Shown here piece by piece: positions 17,003-29,584 of a stretch of DNA of 64,000 nucleotides (the stretch's first letter is position 1; each line of letters begins with the position of its first letter). The translations under genes were made by a program, and so were the position numbers. The stretch is from Eledone cirrhosa (taxonomy: Eukaryota): NCBI GenBank assembly GCA_964016885.1, contig OZ024740.1, forward strand, positions 218,736,001-218,800,000, read 5' to 3'. The notes under the pieces were generated by a model that did no database searches, was not told where the DNA came from, and saw nothing but the letters and a program-made list of their open reading frames with translations.

Positions 17003-17610
17003 CAGGTCACCAGTTGGTGCTACTGGTAACATGTATCCCAGTACAACCTGTCTCATGGTCGGGTCGTTGGCGACTAAACTGGCAACCCAACCAAGGTTTC
17101 TTGGTGAGGAGGGTGACTTTGGACATCCTGCAGGACTAAAAACAAAACCTGTCAAAGGGCAAAGGAGCTCTTAAGAGTCAATGGCCATCCAAAATCACCG
17201 GGAGAGATGACCCCTTAGCCTTTGTCAAGGCAGAATTCTAGGAGAAGGAAAACTCTGATATAACACCTGCAACCCTGATGGTATCCAATGATGTTGACTT
17301 GTTCTTCTTTTTGGTAAATATCATCTTGGTTAAGAGAGTGGGACTGGCTTTGTGCAGTGCCTTTGCTCACTATAAAAGCTTCACGGCACAGGCATTGCTT
17401 TATATCTGGAGATCTCTCTGCACTTGTCGTCACATGGTACCATGGGCCCAACACTATGTGTCAATAATTGTCACAAGTGTAGTCTTTGTGCCAGAGTTTT
17501 CAAGTCGCTGGCTGGACTAAAAAGTCACACTCGTTCAGCGCATCAGTAGGGGTTCTCCTACATGGATATAAAGTAGTGGCCGTACTCGAAAACGAGTTGG
17601 CAGCCACCAT
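17003..17610 (+). mobile_element. Apparently full-length (~610 bp) non-autonomous RTE-derived retroelement: 5' leader fused to the C2H2 zinc-finger 3' end
   Basis: Same 5' start as the copy at 30989; TAGGAGAAGGAAAACTCTGA motif (recalled as typical of RTE 5' UTRs); CxxC..F..L..HxxxxH coding stretch 17478-17543; 3' stem-loop ACTCG-AAAA-CGAGT; (ATGT)n tail; no RT coding sequence. Confidence 0.7.
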
Positions 17611-18100
17611 ATATGTATGTATATATATATGTATATATATATATATATATGTATGTATATATATATGTATGTATATATATATATATGTATTTGTATGTAT
17701 ATATATATATATGTATTTGTATGTATATATATATATATATATGTATTTGTATGTATATATATATATATGTATTTGTATGTATATATATATATATGTATTT
17801 GTATGTATATATATATATATGTATTTGTATGTATATATATATATATGTATTTGTATGTATATATATATATATGTATTTGTATGTATATATATATATATAT
17901 GTATTTGTATGTGTATATATATATATGTATTTGTATGTGTATATATATATATATGTATTTGTATGTGTATATATATATATATGTATTTGTATGTATATAT
18001 ATATATATGTATTTGTATGTATATATATATATATGTAATTGTATGTATATATATATGTATTTGTATGTATATATATATATATATGTATTTGTATGTATGT
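17611..18100. repeat. Tandem array GTATTTGTATG(TA)n
   Basis: Directly visible. Confidence 0.95.
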
Positions 18101-21100
18101 ATCATCATCATCATCATCAACGTTTAACGTCCGTGTTCCACGCTTGCATGGGTTTGGACGGGGGTAGTCCCACTTGAGGCAAGAGTGATTGTCTTGCTCG
18201 CATAGGACTGTCTGGCAGGTTTTCTACAGTTGGATGCCCTTCCTAACACCAACCACATTTACAGTGTGGGTCTGGGAGGTTTTTACCGTGTTGCCTACAC
18301 GGCCACATTACAGCGTGGACTGTGTGTTTTTTTGTCGTGACACCTACACGATCTCATTTGTTTCGGCCTGGATGGCGCGGCACCAACATAACTTTACATA
18401 GAACGGGGTGGTGTGGATGGGGTGGGGGTGGCGGCGGGAGGGGTGTATTTTGTTAGAGATGCCTACTGGCAAGGCGGGTCTTCTCTGTTACTGAGTACCG
18501 CCAAAGGTCACGGTCCAGTGACATTGTCTTGGAGAGGTGTAAGTGTGTGAGGTCGGAGTTTATCAGCTCATCCCATGTTTTTCTAGGTCTGCCTATTCCG
18601 TGGCTACCGTCTATCTTTATTGCCCTGCACTTTGTAATACAGCTATCGACTTTCATGCGCATCACGTGTCCATACCAACGCAGCCTTCTCTCGAGTAAAC
18701 AACATCTGATCCCTCTTATCTCTAATTTTTTCCTTAGTTCGTTTATGCTTTGCCGTTCACGTATATTACTGTTACACATCCAGCGGAGCATGCAAGCTTC
18801 GTTCCTCTCTAGTCTGCGTATATCCTCTGCACACAATGCCCAGGTCTCACTACCATGCAACATTGCTGTTCGTATGCAGGCATCGTACAACCTGCCTTTC
18901 ATTTTTAGGGAGAACCCTTTAGCAGCTAATAGTGGTATAAGCTCTCTGAACTTTTTCCAACCAGTTCTGACTCTAGCTACAGTACTTTCAGAGCACCCTC
19001 CCCCACTGCTGATTTTATCGCCCAGGTAACGGAAGCTGTCCACTATTTCTATAAAACCCTCTGCGCAATTGAAAGAGCTAGTATTTTGTGGGCACTTGCT
19101 GCTACTTATTGCACCAGAACACCGGCCACATGTAAAGTCTATGTTCTTAGTTAGCTTACCTGTGATCCCACTACATCTTTTATGCACCCATACTTTGCAT
19201 TTAGGACATAAGATGGAGTTTCTACCTACGCCTTTCCTACATACCGAGCACGACCATTTCCCAGAAGGGACCGCCGCCTTGTTTTCTTTCCTACAAACTA
19301 GAACTTTGGTCTTAGCCAGGTTAATTTTAAGTCCTTTTGACTCTAGGCCGTGCTTCCATGTTTGGAATTTCTTCTCTAGCTCGGCCATTGATTCCGCTAT
19401 GAGTGTCAGGTCGTCTGCGTATAGGAGTTCCCATGGGCAGCCTGTCTTGAACTCCTCTGTTATAGCCTGAAGGGCAATAATAAATAGTAGGGGGCTGAGA
19501 ACAGAGCCCTGATGGACGCCAACTTTTACGCTAAACTCTTCACTATATTCGTTGTTAATTCTAACCTTGCTGACTGTTTCTTTATACATGGCTTGTATAG
19601 CCCTCACAAGCCATTCGTCAACGCCTAGTTTTCTAAGAGCCCACCAGATAATGGAGCGGGGGACTCTGTCGAAGGCTTTCTCCAGGTCGACAAAAGCTAA
19701 GTAGAGGGGTTTACCTTTAGCTAGGTACTTCTCCTGTAGTTGTCGTACTATGAAAAGAGCGTCTGTGGTGCTTTTGCCTGACACAAACCCGAACTGCATT
19801 TCATCTAGATCAATTCTCTCTCTGATTAGTTGCGCTATTACTTTTTCCGTGACCTTCATGACCTGGTCGATTAATTTAATGCCTCTATAGTTACTCCTAT
19901 CTAGGGCGTCTCCTTTACCCTTATAACAGTTAACGATGATGCTGCTATGCCAGTCCTTCGGAACAACCCCATTCTGTACGACTTGGTTAACTATGCGGGT
20001 GACCATGGTGTGTCCCACCGTGCCAGATGCCTTCAGCATCTCAGCAACTATTTCCGAAGGCCCAGCCGCCTTACCAGTCTTCATATCCTTGATTGCCTTA
20101 CTTATTATACTCCCCTCGACTAACACTGCTGGTCCCTCTATCGGGTCGATATGGGGGAGACTGTCTTTCTCCCATTTATTCTCCTCATTTAGTAGCCTTT
20201 CATAGTGACACTTCCAAGCTACCTTCTTATCAGTGTCGGTGATGGCAAGTATGCCATCATCGTTAAGTACACACTTCTCCCCGACAATATCACGGTTTTC
20301 CTTGACGCATTGCCTGGCAATCCTGAACACCTCACGTTTTTGGTCATCGCGTTGTAGAACATGCTTGAACTTTCTTTCCTCCGCTTCCCTTCTTGCTAAG
20401 TACACTTCTCTCCTAGCTTCCCTCCTGGCCACTTGATAGTCTACTCTACTTCCCCCATCCCGCCATACTTTCCAAGCCTGCTTTTTGGCCTTAATTGACC
20501 CCTCCACCTTACTGTTCCACCACCATGTTACTCTCCTCCTGCCTACAGGCCTGCTCCAGCCACAGACTTCGTCTGTCGCCAACAGCAGGTTAGCTTTCAG
20601 AAATTTCCACTGTCCCTCTATATTGTCCGATTCTAGATGCTCTTCCTTACTGTCGAAAGCATCAAGTAATATGCTTTGAAATTTATTTCTGGCTGTGGGG
20701 TCTTTTAGTTTCCATATTTTCCTCCTGAGGATAGTCCTCTTCTGCTGTCGGGTGCGTCTCGTCCTGACTATGAGGTCGCTAATTATCAGTCTATGTTGGG
20801 AGGTGCATTCTTCATGGGGGAGGGATTTAGTGTTTACAACAGACACTCTGTCACGTCTTCTGGTAAGGATATAATCTACCTGGCTTGTGTGTTCCCCGGA
20901 TCTATAGGTAATCAGGTGATTGTCACGTTTTTTGAAGTTAGTGTTACAGATAGTTAGGTTATTTGCATCACAGTATTCCAGAATTCTGGAGCCTTCCTCA
21001 TTTCTAGTACCAAACCCATAGCCTCCATGGATTTCGTCATAGCCGTCACAATGTTGTCCAACGTGACCATTTAGGTCGCCTGCAATAATTATATAGTCAC

Positions 21101-21593
21101 TGTCAGATATTTGGGAGGTAGTTAGCAACAGTGTCTCATAGAATCTGTCTTTTATAGTGCCGGGCAGTCCGGATTGGGGTGCGTACGCAGATATTACTGT
21201 CACCGTAGTTCTATTGAGGACAAGTCTTATTTTAATTATTCTGTCGTTCACTCTATTTACGTCTATTATCTTATCTGCCCACTTTTCTGCTACCATGATT
21301 CCTACTCCACCCAGCCCATCGTCGTTTCCCACCCAGAAAAGCTTATAACATCGTTTTTTACCCTCAATGAATCTAGCAGACCCACCCCTCCACCTGGTCT
21401 CTTGAATACAACAAACATCGACCTCCTTACGTTCAAGCATTTCTACAACCTCGTTAGCGCGACCCTTTAGGGTGCCTACATTTATGGTACCAACTCTGAA
21501 GTTTTGGATCGCGTTTGGAGGGTGGGGGTGGTGTGGGGCGGGGGGAGATGGGGTTATGTTAGCCATCCGCGGGCGAAACAAAGAAGAGTGCTC
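18101..21593 (-). mobile_element. RTE-clade LINE, copy 1 (intact ORF, 5' UTR truncated), inserted in a TA-rich array
   Basis: (TGA)n tail at 18101-18118; 3' UTR; single EN-RT ORF; identity with copy 2 stops at 21593, 27 nt upstream of the ATG. Confidence 0.95.
18453..21566 (-). CDS. RTE LINE polyprotein, 1037 aa: APE endonuclease + reverse transcriptase + PHD finger
   Basis: [31 protein letters not shown] and SQHRL (endonuclease); [34 protein letters not shown] and RLRWYGHV (RT); real start MANITP at 21566, the upstream part of the predicted ORF is microsatellite. Confidence 0.93.
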   Translation of the reverse strand: MANITPSPPAPHHPHPPNAIQNFRVGTINVGTLKGRANEVVEMLERKEVDVCCIQETRWRGGSARFIEGKKRCYKLFWVGNDDGLGGVGIMVAEKWADKIIDVNRVNDRIIKIRLVLNRTTVTVISAYAPQSGLPGTIKDRFYETLLLTTSQISDSDYIIIAGDLNGHVGQHCDGYDEIHGGYGFGTRNEEGSRILEYCDANNLTICNTNFKKRDNHLITYRSGEHTSQVDYILTRRRDRVSVVNTKSLPHEECTSQHRLIISDLIVRTRRTRQQKRTILRRKIWKLKDPTARNKFQSILLDAFDSKEEHLESDNIEGQWKFLKANLLLATDEVCGWSRPVGRRRVTWWWNSKVEGSIKAKKQAWKVWRDGGSRVDYQVARREARREVYLARREAEERKFKHVLQRDDQKREVFRIARQCVKENRDIVGEKCVLNDDGILAITDTDKKVAWKCHYERLLNEENKWEKDSLPHIDPIEGPAVLVEGSIISKAIKDMKTGKAAGPSEIVAEMLKASGTVGHTMVTRIVNQVVQNGVVPKDWHSSIIVNCYKGKGDALDRSNYRGIKLIDQVMKVTEKVIAQLIRERIDLDEMQFGFVSGKSTTDALFIVRQLQEKYLAKGKPLYLAFVDLEKAFDRVPRSIIWWALRKLGVDEWLVRAIQAMYKETVSKVRINNEYSEEFSVKVGVHQGSVLSPLLFIIALQAITEEFKTGCPWELLYADDLTLIAESMAELEKKFQTWKHGLESKGLKINLAKTKVLVCRKENKAAVPSGKWSCSVCRKGVGRNSILCPKCKVWVHKRCSGITGKLTKNIDFTCGRCSGAISSSKCPQNTSSFNCAEGFIEIVDSFRYLGDKISSGGGCSESTVARVRTGWKKFRELIPLLAAKGFSLKMKGRLYDACIRTAMLHGSETWALCAEDIRRLERNEACMLRWMCNSNIRERQSINELRKKLEIRGIRCCLLERRLRWYGHVMRMKVDSCITKCRAIKIDGSHGIGRPRKTWDELINSDLTHLHLSKTMSLDRDLWRYSVTEKTRLASRHL

Positions 21594-22935
21594 ATATATA
21601 TATATATGTATTTGTATGTATGTATATATATATATATATATTTGTATGTATGTATATATATATATATATATTTGTATGTATGTATATATATATATATATA
21701 TTTGTATGTATGTATATATATATATATATATATTTGTATGTATATATATATATATATATATTTGTATGTATATATATATATATATATTTGTATGTATGTA
21801 TATATATATATATATTTGTATGTATGTATATATATATATATTTGTATGTATGTATATATATATATATATATTTGTATGTATGTATATATATATATATATA
21901 TGTATGTATATATATATATATATTTGTATGTATGTATATATATATATATATATGTATGTATATATATATATATATTTGTATGTATGTATATATATATATA
22001 TATTTGTATGTATGTATATATATATATATATTTGTATGTATGTATATATATATATATATTTGTATGTATATATATATATATATTTGTATGTATATATATA
22101 TATATATATTTGTATGTATATATATATATATATATATATTTGTATGTATGTATATATATATATATATTTGTATGTATGTATATATATATATATATATATA
22201 TTTGTATGTATGTATATATATATATATTTGTATGTATGTATATATATATATATATATATATTTGTATGTATGTATATATATATATATATATATATTTGTA
22301 TGTATGTATATATATATATATATATATATTTGTATGTATGTATATATATATATATATATATATTTGTATGTATGTATATATATATATATATATATATATT
22401 TGTATGTATGTATATATATATATATATATATTTGTATGTATGTATATATATATATATATATATATTTGTATGTATGTATATATATATATATATATATTTG
22501 TATGTATGTATATATATATATATATATATTTGTATGTATGTATATATATATATATATATATTTGTATGTATGTATATATATATATATATATATTTGTATG
22601 TATGTATATATATATATATATATATATTTGTATGTATGTATATATATATATATATATATTTGTATGTATGTATATATATATATATATATATTTGTATGTA
22701 TGTATATATATATATATGTATTTGTATGTGTATATATATATATATGTATTTGTATGTATATATATATATATATGTATTTGTATGTATATATATATATATA
22801 TGTATTTGTATGTATATATATATATATATATGTATTTGTATGTATATATATATATATATATATGTATTTGTATGTATATATATATATATATGTATTTGTA
22901 TGTATATATATGTATTTGTATTTGTATGTATATAA
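21594..22935. repeat. Tandem array TTTGTATGTATG(TA)n
   Basis: Directly visible. Confidence 0.95.
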
Positions 22936-23417
22936 TAATTGAGAAGAATCCGTAAAAGGGTGAAAAGCAATTCTTAGCTTAAACTTTAATCTACAAATTA
23001 CACATACACACAGAGGGAGACAGATAGAGAGAGAGGCTATATAGGGAACTTAAAAAAATTTTAAAATTTCTAATTTCTCATCAGTTCAGTTTCTTGCTGA
23101 GAGAGTTGGTATGTATGTGTGTTGGTGCTGTCACAGACAACTCCATGCTGAGTGAAGTATTCTAAATTGGCCAAGCAATATATGTTATCAAATAAATATT
23201 AAATCTCTCTTCTTTTTCTTTTACTAAAATGAAATCCCTCTTGATCATAAATATTTGGAATTTTACCTACTGCTCTAGAATTTTGCCAATAAATAATTTC
23301 AATATATTTGTTCATACTAGGAACGCCCAGTTTCTTGAACCCCCCCCATCCTCCTGATTTTAATACATAGTGAAAGCTTCCAAAATGACATTTTATCTAT
23401 ATTTCTCTAAATATAGA

Positions 23418-23800
23418 TTAACTCTTTCGTGACTATATTTCTAATGAAATATATTATTTTGTAATTAATTCAGGAAGAATTTGGAGGGATTTACTAAAAA
23501 CTATTGATCATTTCTGTGGCAAATAAAAAGGAATAATTATTAAGATGGCATTTGTAACATAACTGAACAAAAAGTCTTCATATCAAGCTATGTTGAAAGA
23601 TTTTAATTTAACTTTTAACATCCTGTACCATATGAAACTGCATTAACTAGACATTCTTGAAAAGCATAAAAATAGCATTATGACTCCATCATATTAGAAA
23701 TTAAATCCTTCACATTAATATCGCAAATTTTCACAATGATCTACCACAATTAACAAGCTCGCTTTCAAATATATTCTAAATCATTACAGGGTGTTAGGAA
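23418..23800. mobile_element. Two adjacent degenerate TTAA-flanked MITEs
   Basis: TTAA-CTCTTTCGTGACTATATTTCTAATG resembles 60948 onward; TTAA-CTTTTAACATCCTGTA...TACAGGGTGTTA resembles 44257-44467. Confidence 0.5.
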
Positions 23801-24054
23801 CCCTTCAAAAATAGGTAGTTTTGTTTCATAAAACTAGTAGTAGTTTCACAGGTCAAAAGGCTTAAGATATTAACCATCCATCACTCTTTTGTTTTTTATG
23901 TTTGATTAAACCACTCTCTACCAGGGTTCTATGAAAAACTGGGGTTTTGGAAGATAAAGATTTCTTTAAATAGAATTTGACATAAATTGTTTTTCTCTCT
24001 AAAGGCAAAATTCAAACCCTTGAAAATAAATTTTTTAAAAGCTTTTATATCTTA

Positions 24055-24090
<36 letters not shown>

Positions 24091-24394
24091 CAACCACGCA
24101 GTATTCTTTCTTATGTTTATATATATATATATGATGATTTTGAAAATGTAAATGCTTGAATGATCAAGGTTCTGGCTGGTTCATATTTTGAATCTTAACC
24201 ACATCTGGTACAACCTCCTAGGAGGGCAGCTATACCTGTGTGAGTAGGAAATTTATTGTTTTCAAAATTAATTGAAAATCATAGGCAGTGTGTTTAATTA
24301 AATTTGATCTGAGAAGCTGAAGAGCTGGAACAATTACTGCAAAGTATTTTTTCTGAAGCTCTTCTGATAATGCCAATTCATGATAATAATAGTG

Positions 24395-24950
24395 ATAATG
24401 GTCCCTAATTTGTGGGGATGGAAATCGATCACATTATACCCCAGTACATAACTGATACTTTATTTTATCAACCCTAGAATGATGAAAAGCAAAGTTGACC
24501 TTCATAGGATTTGAGCTCAACATAGAGCCATAATTATATGCTGCAAAGCGTTCTATACGGCAACCTAACAATCTGCTTATCTGCCATGATGGTGATGATG
24601 ATAATTGTTTCTACTTTTGGCATAAGGCCTCAATTGCACCCCAGTGCATTACTGGTACTTTATTTTATCGACCCCATAAGCATGAAAGGCAAAGTTAACC
24701 TTGGCGGGATTTGAACTCAGAATGGAAAGGGCCGTAACTCTATGCGTCAAAGCATGGCGTTCGACCCTCTACCGATACTGCCAATCCACCAATAATAATA
24801 ATAATGGTTTCTTATATAGGCACAAGGCCATCAATTTGCAGGGAGGGAAAAATCAACCACATCAGCTCCAGTGTCTGACTGGTACTTTATTATATCTACT
24901 TTGGAAGGATGAAAGGCAAAGTTGACTTCTGTGTGATTTAGATTCGGGAG
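24395..24950 (-). mobile_element. Stack of about three head-to-tail tRNA-derived SINE copies; youngest at 24601-24790
   Basis: Reverse complement of the 39746/50728 SINE (GGATTTGAACTC B-box, GTACTTTATTTTATCGACCCC core) repeated three times. Confidence 0.75.
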
Positions 24951-25687
24951 GGGGGGGGGGGTTTAAATGTTGAGTTACTCTCTTCTTTTGCTGTGAACTA
25001 GGAAGTCATTCTGTCTGAATATTTAAAAAAATCTCTTTCATGAAAAAGATTTCTGTGAATTAATTTTAATTAGACTTTGTTATCTGCCCAGTAAAATGTT
25101 ATGTACTTTTACTGCTTTTTTGTGTATGTGAAATTTAAGTCTGTTGAAATAAAACTGCTACATACCACAGTACTAGGCAAGCTTTTGCTGATTCTCTTAA
25201 AACTAAGAGATAGCTTGAATATGTGATTTGCTGAACATTGGAAAGTAGGATAGCTTGTATGACAGACAGATACTCTCTTTTAGAGAGAGAGAGACTGGGT
25301 CTTCTGCTAATAGCAATTTTCCTAATATGTAAATATTTGAGCTTACATTTTGAATATAATTCCCTGAAAGTGGCAAGCCATCTTTCACTGGCATTGTTAC
25401 AACTCTCTTTCTCTCTCTCTGCTAATACAGCTACTTCTCACCTTCCATACAACTAGCATCAGTTGCTACATTTCCACTACCATCTCCCACTTTTTTTTTT
25501 TAATGTTGGTGGAAATGCCAGCGAAATGTCAGCTGGGCCCCATTTTTTTTCTCCTCCTATTTGTTCCACATTGATTAGGTTCTCCTTCAGTGGTCCTTCT
25601 CATTCGCTAATTGAAACACACATGAATTGTATATTTTGTTAAAGACAGCAGCAACATTATTGCTGATAAACAACTTCTACCTACACC

Positions 25688-25760
25688 ATGTGGTTGATAG
25701 GAAATGGTTCTAGGGTTGGTTATCAGACAAATTCTAATCACTCCATTCCTCCTCCTCCTG
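25688..25760 (+). CDS. RXR: Candidate alternative first coding exon of RXR (MWLIGNGSRVGYQTNSNHSIPPPP)
   Basis: ACCATG context, in-frame upstream TAA at 25667, 24 codons + G followed by donor GTAAGC (25761); phase 1 joins 40226 to give GAT (Asp) in frame. No homology support. Confidence 0.45.
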
Positions 25761-25883
25761 GTAAGCAGTATTATTATTATTATTATTTTGTGGTATTCTT
25801 ATCAACATTTTTCTTTTACTTTTCTTTTTCAGTTTTGCTTTTAGCATTTGTATATTAAAGAATTCTTTCATCTTTAATTAATC

Positions 25884-25887
<4 letters not shown>

Positions 25888-25941
<54 letters not shown>
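25888..25941. repeat. (CA)n microsatellite
   Basis: Directly visible. Confidence 0.95.
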
Positions 25942-25943
<2 letters not shown>

Positions 25944-28900
25944 GCATACTTTATAAGTTTTGCTATTTGTACATATATACATAATCTCATTTTACTTGTA
26001 TATGCTTCGATTTTCTTCCTTATACTGGAAGTCTCAGCATGCGTGTTTTTAGTATTGATGTAACTTACTAAATTAATTATACAGTATTTTTTTACTGTGT
26101 AAATTCTAAAATGTAGTTTAGAATGGTTTTTCTTTTTAAATTTCAAAATTTTGTTTGAAATATCATTGCTTAGAACATTTTTCTCTGTAAATTAAAAAAG
26201 AAAATTGTTTGAAATATCGCTTAGAATGTTTCTTAATAAAAAAAAAAAAAAAAATTTGTTTTGAGATATAGCTTAATTTTTTTCTCTCCAATTTTGGAAT
26301 TATTTAAAGTTTAAATTTTATTACATTTTCTTTAAGATGACTTAGGGGGAGCAATTAGATTGTCATTATCTTAAATTAGGATATTTTTTTTTTGTAATTG
26401 TATTTTCTTTTAGATGACTTGGGGGGAGCAATTAGTTTGTTTAAATATTATTTTAAATTAAGAATTTGTTGGATTCTTTTGTTTTTCTGTAACTGATATT
26501 GCAGGTATTTTGTGATAGTTATTTGTTGTTTCTATTATTATTTTACTGAAATAATTGTTGACTCAGCCAATTTTTACATTTCTCAGGTAATCAGTCAGCC
26601 ATTATTGTGTCTTATGTCATTTTTACTGCATTCTACCTGTCACTCACTCTTATTTGGTCATTTTCTCGGAGATAATTTTACATTTTTATACTCCAACTTG
26701 TTTATATATTCATGAGAATAACATCTCCATGTTGTTATTGCTGTTGTAGTTACGGTCTTTATATATGCTGTTTTTATGTCTAGTTGCTATTCATTTTGAT
26801 ATATCAATTCAATGCTTAGAAATTTAGCTAGCTATTTATAAAATGGTAATTTTCTTGATGTTATTCTGTTGACAAATCCAATACTGTAAAAAAAAAAAAA
26901 AAAAGAGGCTGCTAATAATATCCATGATTTAATGTACATTATTCACTGCTCCAATAATCTATCAAGTATTTTTTATAGATTAATAATAAAAAAAAAACTT
27001 TCTAAACATTTTTATTCAAATTGGCATTCTGTTTTTGTTATCTAATGAATATTATTATCAATTTATTATTCTAAATTTTGTGTCTCTTCAGTGTGTTTTT
27101 ATGTGGTATTTAATACATTTGAATGAATTTCTAAAAACATTTTTTAGTATTAATCTTTTAAAATGTGTTCTTTCATTAACATTTTCAGAATATAGAGGGG
27201 TGAGAAAATTTATTGATCTGAATAAGTTTCTTAACCTAGCTTATTGCCTCTTTGGGTTTCATTTATGATTAAATCAATTAACTCTTTATGATTTATATAG
27301 TTTGTTAATAACTATAGATTAGTTTAAATAGATTCATGATTTACAAGCAAGTTTTAGTTTGTGACACCTTGTTATCTTTCTGTAGTTCCTTGGTAAAGAT
27401 GTGAAGGGTCATTAAAAAAAAAAAAAATTTTTAAACTAAGTTTTCATTGTTTTAATTTTAACTATACAATTTGATGAAACTTTTTCTATATAAACATATT
27501 TTTCACAATATAAGACACCTTTATTTTGGAGAAAAAAAAGCTTTTTGAAGAAAAATATGAAAATATATTAATTAGGTATTAAAATATAAACTATGCATGC
27601 CTATTTAAATATACTGCTATGCATATACAAGGCTTGTGAATAGTATACATATTTTTATTTATTATATTTATATCTTCAGTATTTTTATATAAGTTATGTG
27701 CTGGTTTTTAATATTGTATTTTTGTGAGAAAAACTATGACTTTTTACATGAAAATGTTTCAAAGTATCGATTTCTTTAATATTTTAATGTAATTATTCAT
27801 TATCTTGTGAGGAATTCATATAACCAAATTATGTTTGTATGTGTGTATAATTAGCTTTATTGCTTCTCTTTCAATTAAATTTCAAATACACCTCACCGCA
27901 TCCAGTGTGGCAGTGTATTAAAATATCTTTACAAAATAGATGATAATATTAGTGTCTTTACATGGCATGTTTAACGTTTTTATATAAAATTTCAGCTTGC
28001 TTTTTCCATGAATGGTTTAGCATATGGCATATTTAAATAAAATTTCAAAACTTAGTAGTAAACAAAATTGCCATAAAGAATTCTGAGGTGCTATCTCTGA
28101 AATAAAGCATCTTAAAAAATTTTTTATGGAAATAAAAAATAAAAAATGTTCTCTCTAATCTAAAACTATTATTGTTACATTTTATGTCGTTAAAATTAGG
28201 GTAGTGGAGATTGTGCATTAAATAAGGTAATAGGGCTCTGTAATTTTTGGAAAATCATATAAGGGTTCTGGAACTGTGCAGCAGAATTTTGATACATGAT
28301 TTAAAATCTCCTTTCATAAGTGGTTGCTTTGAGCAGTGGTACTATGAAATAATTCTGGGGTTTCACAAGATGTTTTTCAATATTTGATTTTCTTAAAATA
28401 TATGACTACAGTCTATAAAACAATTTTGTTTTATTTAATCTTATTGAAATTGTGTGCTGGTGATTGTACATAAAATATATTTAGGTTTTCTGAATTAAAG
28501 AAAAAAAAAATATAAGGTTTTAATGACAAAATCTGCCGGTTTAACTTACCTTGAACGAGGTTGTATCTCATAGATTTCTCAGATGTTTTAATGATAGGAG
28601 ACCTAGTTCTACCATGAAAAACTGTGAAATGATGGATCTTGCTCAAGAACATATGCCTCCTGGTTGAGTAATCAAACCCACAGCCATATGATCCTTACTA
28701 GTAGGGTGCCTTTAGAAACCACTTAAATGCAATTAACATTCAATCTCCCATGGTAATCAGTTAGAGCTGGTGAACGAGTAAGATCTATTTGGATTTGGTT
28801 GAAAGTTTTTATTCATTAATTTCCTAGTTATAGCATGAAAGACTAGATTAAAAAGTTGTTTCACAGGTTTTAGACCATTTTCATATACATTGCTTTTATA

Positions 28901-29181
28901 TAAGTTCAAACTAGTATAATGTATTTTTATTTTGGTGTCATAGTGACATAGATCATTTCTTGGGCACTTGAAACCTGGTTGAACCAATTTCCTCTTTAAG
29001 TCAGAACATAGCAGATTTCTTCCAGAGTAAGGAAGCGAGAAAAAGATATATACGGAGAATCGACTTCAGTGCTTATTTAGGTACTTTTTTTTGTCGACCT
29101 CAGTAGGATTTGTATTCAGAGAGAAGAAATGAATAATACAGAACATTCTATCTGATGTTCTAATGACTGATAATACACCTC

Positions 29182-29235
29182 TGTGTGTGTGTGCATATGT
29201 GTGTGTATATATGTGTGTGTATATGTGTGTGTGTG

Positions 29236-29282
<47 letters not shown>

Positions 29283-29307
29283 GTGTGTGTATATATGTGT
29301 GTGTATA

Positions 29308-29340
<33 letters not shown>

Positions 29341-29551
29341 ATATATGTGTGTGTGTGTGTGTATATATATGTGTGTGTGTATATATATGTGTGTGTATAT
29401 ATGTGTGTGTGTGTGTGTATATATGTGTGTGTGTGTGTGTATATATGTGTGTGTGTGTGTGTATATATATGTGTGTATATATGTGTGTGTGTGTATATAT
29501 ATGTGTGTGTATATATGTGTGTGTGTGTGTATATATGTGTGTGTGTATATA

Positions 29552-29584
<33 letters not shown>

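Noticed and set aside
1-17174. Very long ORFs (up to 2168 aa) rich in Y, I, C, V, M
   Set aside because: Translations of (TA)n/TG arrays that lack stops in all frames; some run through the N gap
21567-22970. N-terminal ~470 aa of the predicted 1505-aa ORF as a LINE-repeat fusion protein
   Set aside because: In-frame read-through from the flanking satellite; copy 2 shows the element diverges at 21593
26505-27268. Short ORFs and a possible splice site near 26504 as extra RXR exons
   Set aside because: AT-rich, no homology, no consistent acceptor-donor pair
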